Shown here one piece after another: positions 1 through 12,009 of a stretch of 64,000 nucleotides of DNA. Below the pieces are notes generated by a model. The model worked only from the letters and a program-made list of their open reading frames with translations, had not been told where the DNA came from and did not search any database. The translations under genes were made by a program, and so were the position numbers. Position 1 is the stretch's first letter. Each line of letters begins with the position of its first letter. This stretch comes from Hyaloraphidium curvatum SAG 235-1 (Eukaryota > Fungi > Monoblepharomycota). The DNA is taken from contig JAIVFI010000003.1 of the NCBI GenBank assembly GCA_025558095.1, positions 1,090,632-1,154,631 on the forward strand, written 5' to 3'.

Positions 1-315
1 GAGGACGATCCGGCATTGCAAGCGCGGCTGGAAGCCGTTTCTGGGCTGATCACGGGTGCGTTCTCTCCATTTGCCCTGTCGAACTCGCGACTGACGTCCT
101 TCCGAAGGCAAACCGTACGGCCCCTCCACCCTCTCCGCCGCATTCTCCGCCCTCGCATCCCATCTTTCCTCCTCCGCCCGCGATCCGCTCTCCGACCTCG
201 CCCGGGCGGTCGTGGAAGCCGCGTGACGTTTCGGGGACCCATTTGCCATCGGGGGACTCGTGCTGCGCCCGGGTCGGCGTCACACCGGGGAGCTTCCCGG
301 ACGCGATTCCCGCCG

Positions 316-2304
316 ATGCCGGCGCGATCGCGGCTGCAAACCGCACGGAATGGACGGACAAAGCGATGTCGTGGCGGCGGGGCGGGATTCGCGCGGGCAT
401 CGCTCTTGGCGGTCCTCGCGGCCTGCCTGCCGCACTTCCGCGCGGCATCGGCGCAGGCTGCCTCGCCGTGGGCCCCGCTGCTCTCCGCCTCGCTTTATTA
501 CTACGAGGCGCAGCGTGCGGGCAGGCTGCCGCCCGGAAATCGGGTCCCGTGGCGCGGGGACTCGGCACTGACGGACGGGCAGGACATCGGCGTGGACCTC
601 TCGGGGGGTTACTTTGACGCCGGGGACCACATGAAGTTTTCTTTCCCGCTGGGCAACGTGATTACCTCGCTGGCGTGGGGCGGCGTCGAGTTTGCGGACG
701 GGTTCGAGCGGGCAGGGGAGACGACCAACCTGAGGGCGGCGGTCAAGTGGGGCACGGACTGGCTCGCCGCCGCGCACTTCGAACCGCGCAAGCTGGCCGT
801 GCAGGTCGGCAACATGTCCGTGGACCACTCCCGGTGGACCTCGCACGAGGACCTGCCGCTCCCCCGGCCGACGCTCGTCATCGACGACCGGCGGCCGGGC
901 ACCGACGCCGCCGCGCAGGCCGCCGCCGCCCTCGCCGCCGCCTCGATGCTCTTCCTCCCCGACTCGCGCGGCGAGATCCCACCGGGATGGGGCCCGCGGT
1001 ACCCGAAATACCGGACGAGGCTGCTCCGCCACGCGCGCGAGCTGTTCGACTTCGCGCTCACCGCCCCGCGCGCGCGGTACCAGGATTCGGTCCCCGCCGC
1101 GGGCGAGGCGTACGCGTCGTCGGGGTACGACGACGAGCTGCTCTACGCCGCGCTGTGGCTGGCCCGGGCGACGGGGAGGAATGACTACGCGGAAGTGGCG
1201 GGGGAGATGTACGACCGGCTGGCGGTGGCAGGGATGGCCGAGGGCGGCGGGGAGGCGCCGGTGCACGATTGGAACAGCAAGTGGGGCGGGTGCATCGTGC
1301 TGGCCGCCTTGGTGCTCCCCGGCCTGCAGTACCCGCGCGCCGCGGCCAGGTACTTGGACCGCCTCATGCCGGGGCGCCACCCGTTCACCCCGGGGGGCAT
1401 GTGGTGGAGCGACGCCATGAGCAACTGGCAGTCCTTGGGAGGGGCGGGCAACCACGCGTTCCTCGCCGCCGTCTTTGCCCGCGGGGTGGTGGACCCGGGG
1501 CGGACGGGGAACGGGACGGCGAGCCCGGCGCGGAGGCGGGCCTACACCGATTTCGCGCGCAGCCAGGCGCGGTACATGTTCGGAGAGAACCCGCGCAACG
1601 CGACCTACATGGTCGGCGTCGCCGGAAACTCCCCGAAGCGGATCCACCACGCCACCGCCGCCGGGCCCGACCAGTACTCCCCCGGCCCGAATTTGCACAC
1701 CCTCACGGGGGCGATCGTCAACGGCCCCGGCAAATCTGACGAGTGGGCGGACGACAGGGCGGACTATGTCAGGAACGAGGCGGCACTGAACACAGCGGGC
1801 ATGTGGACGGGGGTGCTGGCGTTCCTCTGCGCCGAGGGGGGAGCGGGGCCGGCATTCAGCAACTCGACCTTGCGGGGCGGGGGGAACGTGCTGGGAACTT
1901 ACGACTGGGGGCAGAAGGACGAGCAGGATCCGTTTGGCGACGACGGGACGCCGTCCTCTGCTCCCGAGGCGACCTCCTCACCGACCCCATCCCCCCAACC
2001 TCCGGCCGGCACCTCCTCAGTCCTTTCGGCCCCCCCGCCGGCCTCCTTCTCCGCCGGCGCGATCGCCGGCATCGTGCTCGGCACCCTCCTCGGCCTGGCC
2101 CTCCTGCTCGTTTGCTGCTACGCCTGCTATTCCCGGTACCGCCGCCGCCGGGAGTGGCGCCGGCTGGGGGAGGAGAACGTGGACGGGTACGACTGGTCGA
2201 TGTTTGCCGCCAAGGGGGGGATGGACAAGGAGCTGCCGAGGACGAGCGAGGAGACGCTGGTGCCGAGCTCGGCAGGGTCCCTGGGGCGCAGCGAGGCCGG
2301 ATGA
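316..2304 (+). CDS. Glycoside hydrolase family 9 endoglucanase, secreted, with C-terminal transmembrane anchor
   Basis: GH9 motifs YYYEAQRAG, GGYFDAGDHMKF (catalytic Asp), SSGYDDELLYAALWL and DDRADYVRNEAALN (catalytic Glu). Hydrophobic signal-like N-terminus, S/T/P linker, TM helix GAIAGIVLGTLLGLALLLV followed by an Arg cluster. First in-frame ATG at 316. Confidence 0.92.
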   Translation: MPARSRLQTARNGRTKRCRGGGAGFARASLLAVLAACLPHFRAASAQAASPWAPLLSASLYYYEAQRAGRLPPGNRVPWRGDSALTDGQDIGVDLSGGYFDAGDHMKFSFPLGNVITSLAWGGVEFADGFERAGETTNLRAAVKWGTDWLAAAHFEPRKLAVQVGNMSVDHSRWTSHEDLPLPRPTLVIDDRRPGTDAAAQAAAALAAASMLFLPDSRGEIPPGWGPRYPKYRTRLLRHARELFDFALTAPRARYQDSVPAAGEAYASSGYDDELLYAALWLARATGRNDYAEVAGEMYDRLAVAGMAEGGGEAPVHDWNSKWGGCIVLAALVLPGLQYPRAAARYLDRLMPGRHPFTPGGMWWSDAMSNWQSLGGAGNHAFLAAVFARGVVDPGRTGNGTASPARRRAYTDFARSQARYMFGENPRNATYMVGVAGNSPKRIHHATAAGPDQYSPGPNLHTLTGAIVNGPGKSDEWADDRADYVRNEAALNTAGMWTGVLAFLCAEGGAGPAFSNSTLRGGGNVLGTYDWGQKDEQDPFGDDGTPSSAPEATSSPTPSPQPPAGTSSVLSAPPPASFSAGAIAGIVLGTLLGLALLLVCCYACYSRYRRRREWRRLGEENVDGYDWSMFAAKGGMDKELPRTSEETLVPSSAGSLGRSEAG

Positions 2305-2839
2305 CGCAAACTTTGTACCCGGAAGCTATCTACATGGCGTATTTGGCGACGATCGGGGCTTTCCAACCGCTCCTAGTGGGATGGGGGACGGGGCTGTCCG
2401 TGTTTGACGGCGGTTTGGGGCGTTTTGGCCGCCTGCCCGGCCGGGTGCGGCGCCTCCCTGTATCCCCCTGTAATTCCCCTATCTCCCAGCTATTTTCCCG
2501 TGCGATCGGGCGTCTTTTGGGCCTCCCCGGCGCGTGATTTTGTTGTTTGGGTTCATGGGTCACGTGCTCCCCGCCAGTGGCGCGCGGCCGCAGTGCGAGC
2601 CGAGCCGTACGCCCAGCGCAGACCGCTATTGAGCCCGCGCCGCACACCCGTCCGCCCCGTCTAATTCGGTGCGTGCCCGCCTTCCCCCGCGGCGCCCGGC
2701 CGACCCGCCGCGTCGCCCCGCGTGCGCCGCAGCCGCGCGGCGCCGCCGTATGCCGTTTCCGCGGGGCGGCCCGGGCGCCCGCCGGGACGCGCGCAACCGC
2801 TGACACCTCCCGCCCCCGCCAGACCTTAATCCCGCAAAT

Positions 2840-3588
2840 ATGCCCAAGGCGCCGAAGGAGCCCAAGGAGAAGAAGGTGCGAAACGCGCCGCCGGGGCTCC
2901 GGCACCCCCAGGCGGCCCGCTCACGCCCCATCCGCCGCCCCGCCCCGCCCCGCCGACCGCCCCCCGCAGGAGAAGGCCGGCGGCAAGAAGAAGGCCGACA
3001 AGGACCCCAACGCCCCCAAGAAGCCGGCTTCGGGTGGGTTTCTGGACGACTGGACCCCCCCGGACCCCCCTGACCGCCCAACCGTCGACCGTCCCAGCCT
3101 ACATGCTGTTCTCGTCCGCCAAGCGCGCGGAGGTCAAGGCCGAGAACCCTGACGCTGGCTTCGGTGCGCTGCCCTGCCGGTGGCCCCCCTGCGGACCGTT
3201 CTGACCCCTCCTTTTCATTTTGATCCGACCAACCGCGGCCTCCCTTGCCCCCTACCCCGCTTGTGACGGCAGGCGAAATCGGCAAGCTCCTCGGCGCGGC
3301 GTGGAAGGACGTCTCGGACGCGGAGAAGAAGAAGTACGAGGCGCTCGCCAAGGAGGCCAAGGAGCAGTACGAGAAGGACCTGGCCGAGTACAAGGTTCGG
3401 CGCTCGTTGCCCCATCCCGCACCTTGCTGATCCGTTGCTTTCCCCCCTCCTCCTGCCTTTCCTTCTTCCTCTCTCTTCCCTGCCCCTTCCCTCCTTCCCC
3501 TTCCTTTCCACTGTCGTGGCGTTGCCCCGTTCTGCAGAAGAGCGGCGGCGGCAAGGCCGAGAAAGCCGACGACGACGACGAGGAGTAG
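2840..3588 (+). CDS. Small HMG-box protein (NHP6/HMGB-like), 5 exons
   Basis: Spliced product MPKAPKEPKEKK|EKAGGKKKADKDPNAPKKPAS|AYMLFSSAKRAEVKAENPDAGF|GEIGKLLGAAWKDVSDAEKKKYEALAKEAKEQYEKDLAEYK|KSGGGKAEKADDDDEE; classic HMG-box signature. Confidence 0.93.
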
Positions 3589-4271
3589 CCCCCTCCTTCC
3601 GCCTTCAGTGCCGGGGTTCATCGTATGTAGCTTTTCCGTGGAATAATCGCGTTTGTTCGTAAGCTCTGGCGGTCCGACGCCGTCGGGCCGGGGAGGGGCG
3701 ACCTGCTGTGCAACAACGAGCGGCACGGCTAGGCCACGGTATGACGGGCGCCGGGAAGTACCGTCGCGCCGAACTATCCGTTAATTTGCTCCATGTCGCT
3801 CCGAGGCGAAGCGTTTCGTCCGGCGCCGGCCATCAACCGTCAGACCTGTTCCGTCGCGCTGCCGGTTGACGATTGACGACCGCACTGCCGGAGACAGGCG
3901 CCGAGCGGATCCGTCCAACGAAGACTGGGGCACATGGACCGCCATGTACATTGCGAATTAGCCCCCATTCGGCGTCGGTCGTCAGCGGCGGCTCATGCTC
4001 GCCTCCGCGGCCGCCCGAAGGACGCGGTCGGGGGCGCACACCGTGAACGGCGCCGAGAAGACTAAGGAGGGAGGTGAAGATTTCCTGCCAGCGGTTCTAT
4101 TGGAAGAATGCGCCCCGCGGCCGTTCCAAGGAGAGATGACGCTGAAACTCGAGGAGAGGGAAAGTTCCACCGCCGATTCTCGATCCATCGAACACTCCTT
4201 TCGCCACGCGTCTCCCACAAAGCATTGCCGCAATCGGCCCTCGTCGGACCGCTCCGCTGCACTCGTGAGCC

Positions 4272-5227
4272 ATGACGATCGAAGTCCTGGGCGGCGGCAT
4301 CCACCGCACCGGCACCGTCTCCCTCCGCGAGGCCCTGAACATCCTGGGCTACAAGTGCCTAGTAGGCACTTCGCATGGTGCGAGTGCAAGTCGTGCCGAT
4401 CCCCCCGCACGTGGGACGACGGGCAGCCGGCCTCGCCGTCGCCGCTGGATGCCATCAGGCAGAAGGGCGAGGTGCACGCTCGTACCAAGTGCTACCACTC
4501 CTTCGACTCGTTCCCCCACACGCCGGAAATTCTCCCCGTGACGTCCGGGTGGGCTCGCGCCCGGAACGCTGCCCCGCGAGCCGTCCTTGACGCCCTGCAG
4601 GGCCACCTTCCCCCTCGGGAACAAATTCATGTGGGACCTGGGGCTCGGCCGGTGGAACAACGATCTGCGGCCGGCGTGCGACGCGTTCTTCGGCCCCGGC
4701 GGGTACGACGCCGCCGTGGACCAGTGCTGGGCCTATCCCGAGCTCCGCCGCGCGTACCCGGATGCGAAGGTGATCCTGACCGTCCGCGATCCCGAGGAGT
4801 GGTATCGCAGCTACATGACCAACCTCGTGGCCTTTGATGCCTGCGCGATGATCGCCGACCTCGATGCGGGGGGCCATTTGGGGAACGGGGTGTCGCCCTT
4901 CCATCCCGGGGCAATGGGTGTGATGAGGATCCTCGGGAGCGATTACCGCAAGGTGGTATCGCCGTGCGATGGGAATCCCCTCGCCTGACACGTACCTGGG
5001 CCGCCTAGGAGCGGGCGATCCAGATCTTCAACGAGTGGAACGAGGCCATCAAGGCCGAGGTGCCCTCAGAGAAGCTCCTCGTCTTGGACGTCCGGCAGGG
5101 CTGGGAACCCCTCTGTCGGTTCCTAATTCGGATCGGCTCCCTTATGTTTGGTTGGAACGTGGGTTCGGCTGGGAGACGGTGTCAGCGCGGGAACCGCGCC
5201 TCGCGACGTATTCAGGATTCGGAGTAG
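4272..5227 (+). CDS. P-loop sulfotransferase-family protein (Sulfotransfer_4-like), spliced
   Basis: Motifs GGGIHRTGTVSLREALNILGY..CYH, YPDAKVILTVRDPEEWYRS and VPSEKLLVLDVRQGWEPLCRFL. Needs about 3 introns. The C-terminus after PLCRFL is atypical, so the end is uncertain. Confidence 0.8.
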
Positions 5228-5331
5228 CGGCTACTGCTTTTTCGCAAATAGGCTCTACTGATTGTCCATAAAGATCACCCAAAAAAGAGTAGAGAGACAA
5301 GCTTCTCCCTTTCTTCATGAACCCTTCCCCT

Positions 5332-7827
5332 CTAAACCAACACCGCGAAAGCGGCCGCGGCGGCCCCGATCACGGCCCCCACCGCCCCCGTGCCGAGGCG
5401 TCCGGCGGACGCGGGCTTGCTGGTCGAAACGGTGGCCGTGGCGGTGGCGGTCGGCGCAACCGTGGACGTGGTCGGGCTGCCCAGGGACTTGCACGCTGCG
5501 GCCGCAGACGGTCACGATCGCGGACGGGGTCACGGATCGTGCGGCACCCACTGAACTGCACCGAGTCCTCGACGTGGTGGAGCGGGAAGCCGGTGCAGAA
5601 GCCCAGGGTCGAGATCGTGGTGACGTTGGAGACGGCGGCGGAGCACTTGGAATCCGTGTAGAAAGCGACAGTGCGGGCGGTGCAGTCTCCCTTGGCTGCA
5701 ATCGGGGATTAGGAGCTGAGCATCCGTGCGTTGTCGTCCGCGATACTGGAACCCACCGTAAAAGGTCCCGGGCAGATCGGGATCCTCCAGCGCGACACAG
5801 CCTCCCGAAGGCACGGCGAGGATGTGCTCCACGGTTCCCGGGTGGCAACCCACGTCGCCGTACACGGTGCCGACGGCCCACTGCCCCGACGCCGAGGGCG
5901 GAACCACGAGCTCGAGCCTTTCGGTGCACGTGGAGATGTACGAGTGGCCGTCGGCGTCGGTCTCGCAGACGGAGGGGTCCTCCTTCGCGTGCTCGGCGCA
6001 GGTGGTGGCGTTGCCGGCGTCGGTCATTTCCGAGACGAAGATGACTGCGGCGGGCGATGGGTCAGTGGATGGGACAGTGCGGGCGAGGAGCGCGCACATT
6101 CAACAGCTCCCTGGTGAAACAGAAGGCGGCGATCAGTGAGACACTTCAAAAAGACAGGTCGTGCGCACGCACCGTGCAGTTCTTCCCGGCAAAGTAGGCC
6201 GACGACTCGTGCAGGGTCGGCGCGAGCTCCCGGCACACTGCGCTGCGTTAGGTCCCCGAAGGACTCATCGACTTGCGACGGCACCCACCGAACCTGATCG
6301 CGTCGTCCGAGTGGAAGAGCGGGAAGCCCGTGCAGACGTCGGTGGTCGGGACCGCAGAGACGTTGCCGACGGGCACGGTGCAGGCGGAGTTGGTGAACAC
6401 GGCGACGGTCCCAGCGGCGCAGTCGGCCTTGGCTGCGGGATCTTAAGCTTTTGCCCGCAATGAGCCTGCGCCGCAGGATACCCACCGTAGAACCCGTTGG
6501 CCGCGATGCTGTTGTCCCCGAGCGCGGTGCACGCCCCGCTCGGCAGCGCCATCACCTGCTCCGCCCCGCCCTCGGGGCAGGAGCGTCCCTCGTACAGCGT
6601 GCCGACGGCGAACTGCCCAGAGGCCCCCGCGGGGACGACCAGCTCGAGGTCCTGGGTGCAGGTGGTGCGGGAGCTGTGGCCGTCGGCGTCGGGTTCGCAG
6701 GTCGAGGGGTGGACCGTGTCGTGCTCGGCGCAGGTGGTGGCGTTGCCCCCGTCGGTCATGGCGTTGACGTAGATCACTGCGGGTGGAGTATTGGATCAGA
6801 TCAACCCAGCTGCGTGCGTCAGGTGACAGCTGCAAAGCCCACGTTCGATATTGCCCTGATTAGTACAAGGGCGGAGCGGGGTCAGATCTTCCGGCCGAGC
6901 AATTGCAAAGAACGATCTATACCGTGCAGTTCTTGCCGTTGTAGAACACCGTGTTCTCGTAGAGCTTGGCCCCTAGGGTCCTGCACTCTTTTTGCGGTCG
7001 CGGGTCAGCTCAGTCCGCGCTCGCCACCGCTTCGTCGTCTCACCAAACTGGATCGAGTCGTTGGCGTGCACCAGGGGGAAGGGGGCGCAGGTCCCGTTGG
7101 CGGCCAGCGTGGTGATGTTGCCCGTGGGCTTGGTGCAAGCGGCGTCGGTGTAGAAGGCGATGGATTCGGAAGCGCAGTTGGCCCTCGCTGCCGCGGAGAA
7201 GGTGGGCTTGGTTGGAGACGGAAGCTTCAAAGCCGGTTTGGCCCACCATAGAAGTTGCCCTCGGCCGTGGCACCCTCGAGCGCGGTGCACGCTCCGGCGG
7301 GCAGCGCGTGGATTTCCTCCGCGGTCCCATCCCCGCAACCCGGCCCATCAAACAGCGTGCCGACCATGAACTCGGCCGCGTATCCCTTGGGGAGCACGGG
7401 CTGGAGGCTGTCAGTGCAGCTGACGAAGACCGAGTGGCCGTCAGCGTCGGCCGCGCACTTTGGGACGTGCACGGCTTCGTGTTCGGCGCAGGTGGTGGCG
7501 TTGCCGGCGTCGGTCATGGCGCCGACGACGAGGTCTGGCGAGGGGAGGAGTGGCGTGAGTCAGGGAGGACGAAGAACGGGTGGCCGTCCCACATTCGACG
7601 GGGCCCTGGCGACGGCGAGGTCACCGACATCGAGTTTTGACGGGCGTCGTGCGAGGACGACGGGAGGAAAGTCGGTCAGTGCAGTCCGCGGTCCCGCGAG
7701 GGACGCGCACCGAGCAGTCCTTGGACGCGAAAAACGCCGAGCTCTCGTAAAGCTCGGCATCGGCGCCGCGTGCGGCAGCAAGAAACGCGAGGGCGAACAG
7801 CGCAACGGCAGCGGGAAGGCGCGGCAT
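5332..7827 (-). CDS. Secreted, probably GPI-anchored protein with three Cys-rich repeats (unknown family), multi-exon
   Basis: Signal peptide MPRLPAAVALFALAFLAAARGADA. Three repeats each contain MTD(A/G)GNATTCAEH...DADGHS...VGT...FYG and share intron positions. C-terminal S/T stalk plus hydrophobic tail PASAGRLGTGAVGAVIGAAAAAFAVLV*. Confidence 0.8.
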
Positions 7828-8754
7828 CGCGATGGTGCGTTGGGGGTTTGCGAGGGACGGCGAGGGATCGGGGTGGCGTTGACGAATCGGCGGGACGGCG
7901 GTGCGGTCGCCCAACGAGTCAAACGGGGGACCAGCAAAATTTCGCATGGTACGCGTCGCGCACTGCAGGACATTCGAATGCGGTCCGGTATGAATCCTTG
8001 CGCGGCTGTAGCGAGGCCAGAGCCGCACGCACTCGTGAGCAGGGGTGCAACGGTCATGGCTGAACCGCTGTGGCAAGCCGCCTTGCCGATATCGGCGGGG
8101 GTTTCAAGCAGACCATCGATTACCTTGAGAACGAACAGTTTGCTTGGTAGATTCCAATCATGGGCCGCCCCTCCGATCTATCCAAAGGACGCCGGCTGTC
8201 GGGATCTGTGTCAGTGTGGCGGTCGGTACCCCGTGACTGGCGGTAAGCAGCCTCACCCCATACGAATGCGCGCATGTGACAGGCGCTGAGAAGCTCCCAT
8301 GGTCAGAAGGTGCTATCATCGTGCCGCCCTTCCGTCGTCCATGAGGCTCGTCTTCCGGCGCCCTTCATGTCCGCGGCTAACTCCAAGCAGAGGAAGGCGG
8401 TCACAGCGCTCGATCTCAGCGACGCTTCCCAGCATCCCCAGCTGCCGCCTGGAGATTCTGGCCACCACGCGTATTTTATTGGGTGCTCCCCGACTCGGCC
8501 ACGAAGGGCCAGGCCGCACGGATGGGGATTGAGAAGTGCCGGCGCGAGGAAGCTTCCGCCGGGGGACGCAGCTCCATGACAGGTGCCGGGAAAATCCGTT
8601 CAGCGGAAAAGTTGCTGCTTTGATGCTTGTCCCTTCGAGACAGAGCTTGGTTTCCGGCGCCTGTCAAACCGCCTCGATAGCAGTGCGATCGAAAAGCGAG
8701 ACGACGCGACGAGCCTGCGGCATAAACATCGAGGTCGTATTCACGCGTGCCTCG

Positions 8755-10875
8755 ATGCGGGCCTTTTGGGCCCTCCGAACGCCTCTCATCGGCTCACCGG
8801 CATCTCATCTGCGCGGGCTTTCCGCCCGATGGGCTGCAGCGGAGCCGCGGTCGCCGTTCTGGCCCGGAATCGCGTCGGGGACCTGCGAACGCGGCGCGTC
8901 GCCTCTCTTGCGGTATTCCTCCCCCGCGACGCTCCTGCCGACGCGGTGCTTTTCGTCGGACGTTTTGCGAGGCGAGGATCCCCTAGGGCGGCTGCGGAAG
9001 GTCCTGCAGAGCGCAAGGAGCGGCCGCATCCCGCCCCGCGACGCCGCCGACAGGGTCTGGGAGGCCTATACCGCGCTCGGAAGCGCCCGCGGACTCGACA
9101 GCTACCTTGCCGCGGGTGTGGCACATCATTTGGCCGCCCATGCGGTCCAGGTGCAGGCCAGCCTCCGCGGGAAGGGCAAGGCCGGAAACCGGGACCGCGC
9201 CGAGGCATCGCTGGACCAGGCGGCGGAACGGATGGCTCGTCTTTTCACGGATGTCACCGAAGCTGGCATTGCCATTTCGCCGTTCGCCGTGACCAGATTC
9301 GTCCAGCTGAATGATCGCCACCTGGGGTGACTCGCGAGCGGCTGGGCACCTTGGAGCGAGGAGCTCTGACGTTCCGTGACCGCAGGTCGTACGCGGAATG
9401 CCGGAATGTGGTCGACTTTCTGCGGTTGAGATGCCGCGTCACGCTGACCCAGCGCACGTTGAGCGCGTCGCTGCGCAACGTTGCGCACCGCGGCAACTAC
9501 ACCGCGTTCCTCCGGCTCCTGTACGAGGAGCTGACGGCCAGCCCCGGCATCTCCATCGACGCGTTCATAATCAACCTTTTTCTCAAGGCTGTCGTCGAGG
9601 CGTCGCCATTGACTTAAGAAGACCTGGCAGGGTATCCACGCCGACAGACCTGTGTGGCGGACCTCGCAATCCCGCTGTGGGCTCTGACCAAGGACCAGCC
9701 CATCGTCCGGACTAGGAGCCTTGATCCTCGCGATCTGTATGCTTCGGAGCTGGCTCCAGACCCGGCTTCGTCTCTTCGGGAAGCAATCATGAGCGACCCG
9801 ATCCACGACACCGGTGCGGAAAATCGTGCAGCTTCTGTCGCTCGCGGCCGCTGGCTTTCGGCAGGGTCGGGAGGACGTGCTGAACGACCGCGTCGTCACG
9901 GTGGCTGTCGAAGCCTTCTGCGCTTGGAAGCATCCCAGGTGCGTCCTGGCCACCTCGGAACTGTTGGCAACGCCGCCGTTTCCGATTGCACCCCGTCCCG
10001 CGACATTCAACGTCTTGCTTGCCGATGCGTGCGATCGCCGGGACGCTGTTTCGGGCGAGGCGATCCTCGAGTGCATTCGGCAGGTGGGCTTGAAGCCGGA
10101 TCTGGAGTTGTTCAATACCATGATCCTTTTCTACGGGCGCACGGGGAGGCTCAAGCTTGCAAAGGAGACCCTGAAGGAGATGGTCACCGCAGGCTATAAG
10201 CCCAGCCCGCTGACCGGGATGGCGGTGCTGGAGGGCATCCTCGGGCCGAAGGCGGAGGACGTGGAGCGCGCAATGGACGTGCTCCTATCGGTGGGTATCG
10301 AGGTGTACGTGCAGCACTGGACGAAAGCTCTGCGCTGTTTTGCACAGCAACAGGATTTGTCGGGACTCATGCGGGTTTACGGGGCGATGACGGTGCCGCC
10401 GGATCGCGTAACAGTGTCGTTGATGGCAAAAGCGCTCGCCGATCTTGGGGGTGCGAGACAGATGACCGACTTCCTGAAGAGCGTTCCGCCGCATTTGATT
10501 GGGACATCGGAAACGTGGAGCGCCGCCATCACATCATTTACCAGGGAGTGGGCGTCTTCCGGGGACTTCGTTTTTCGGGACACCGCCTTCGCCCTGTCAT
10601 GTGCGGTGCTGGACCACACACAACTCACCACGGAATCCCTGCCGGCAGCGTTCCGCGAGCTACCTTTCGTGGACATGCACCCGCCCGTCCCCGCACCGGG
10701 GCTCATCCTGGTCATTTTTGTGCTTGCCACGCGGCTTCGCGGGGAGCAGCTGGGAATCATCACGGACAAGGGGAGGGCGTACCTGCGACGGAATGGACAC
10801 GCGGTGCCGGACGATGCGGAAGCACGAACGATGCTCGCGAGGCTTCAGCGGTTAGCAGGGATGCGCGCGGGATGA
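8755..10875 (+). pseudogene. PPR family copy A (pseudogene)
   Basis: Colinear with copies D and E, same intron (9327-9385). Premature TAA at 9615-9617 where paralogs have Ser, and a 44-nt frameshifting deletion at about 9800 relative to copy D. Confidence 0.88.
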
Positions 10876-12009
10876 GACGCCGAGCGACCCTGAACGAACG
10901 GCCTCTAGATCTTCGGCCGCCACAAAATGATCATGCCCTTGCACTGCAATGTAGCCACCCGAATTCATCGAGGAATAAGCACATCGATCCGCTCGGTGCC
11001 CTCATCACGGGCAAGGGCGGAGACTTCCTCGTCCGCATGGGCACATCGTTCCGGACTGTGCGGAAGACATGGTAACGATGCTTAGGCAGTCGGGCAGGCC
11101 GGGCACGAGGATCCTGGGCGTCTCAGACGGAGGCGGGAGCACGGCCGAACCTGATTCCTATAGTACGGACCGGGCGGACCTCGGGCCGTCAATTGAGGCA
11201 TGCAACAGGGCCTGGCGCCGGGAGGGAAGGCCACGAGTAGAGGGCTGGAGGGCAGAGAAGCTGTTCGACATTCCGTAGAAGGGCTGAGCGGTGGAAAACG
11301 GGCCGATCGGTCGCCTCTTTGCCACTTGTGGCATTAGATCATGTTTGGATGCGATGTCCTCGATGACCTGCATAGTCGTCCTATTGGTGGCCCACTAAGA
11401 CCCCCGGCCTTATCGTCTGCTTTCCGTCAGCGGCTTAGCGCTTTGCCACGGGCCCCCAAGGTCCCCTGCGCGGGGGATCTGGCGCGGGGGTCCGTTTGCG
11501 AGTGGGACCCCTGCGCTTGGCGGGCACGCTAAACCGCCAAACACTGTCCCCGCGCACGCACACTCCGCCGGCCGGACCGGGCCACGGGACGACCGGGGTT
11601 TGCTTGCGTGTGCTGTGAAAACCCGGTGCACGGAGTTCCTCGACACCGGTGTGGCCGTCGGTCGTCCGGGGAGGCCGGGGAGGTGACTCGGGCCGCGCAC
11701 GGCGGAGTTGGCCTGCGAGCCCAGACGCCGGCCGGACCGACGCCGGACGGCGCAGATACCTTTTTGAGTGCATGTTAGCCCGTTGCGGGCCACGGCGGTG
11801 CGGCTGGACGGCAGCGGACCGCGGGTGACTGGGTGTCCCACAACAACGGACAACAAGGACAACGCGCCTGGTCAGGCACGGCTACGAGGACTTGGGAGCT
11901 CTCTCTAGCGACTTGGACTGGCCTCTGTTTTTTTTTTGGAGGAGCCTGAGAAGCCGGCCTGCGGCTCGCAGCCACTCCTGGCATAGCCCCATCCTCAGCA
12001 ACTTCCGAC

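Noticed and set aside
4353-4371. Perfect 9-bp inverted repeat AAGTGCCTA-G-TAGGCACTT over a probable splice donor
   Set aside because: A single short palindrome can arise by chance in 64 kb, and nothing else supports a function.
9615-9617. In-frame stop in PPR copy A as possible recoding
   Set aside because: It is TAA at a Ser position, with a frameshift downstream and no SECIS, so it is an ordinary pseudogene lesion.
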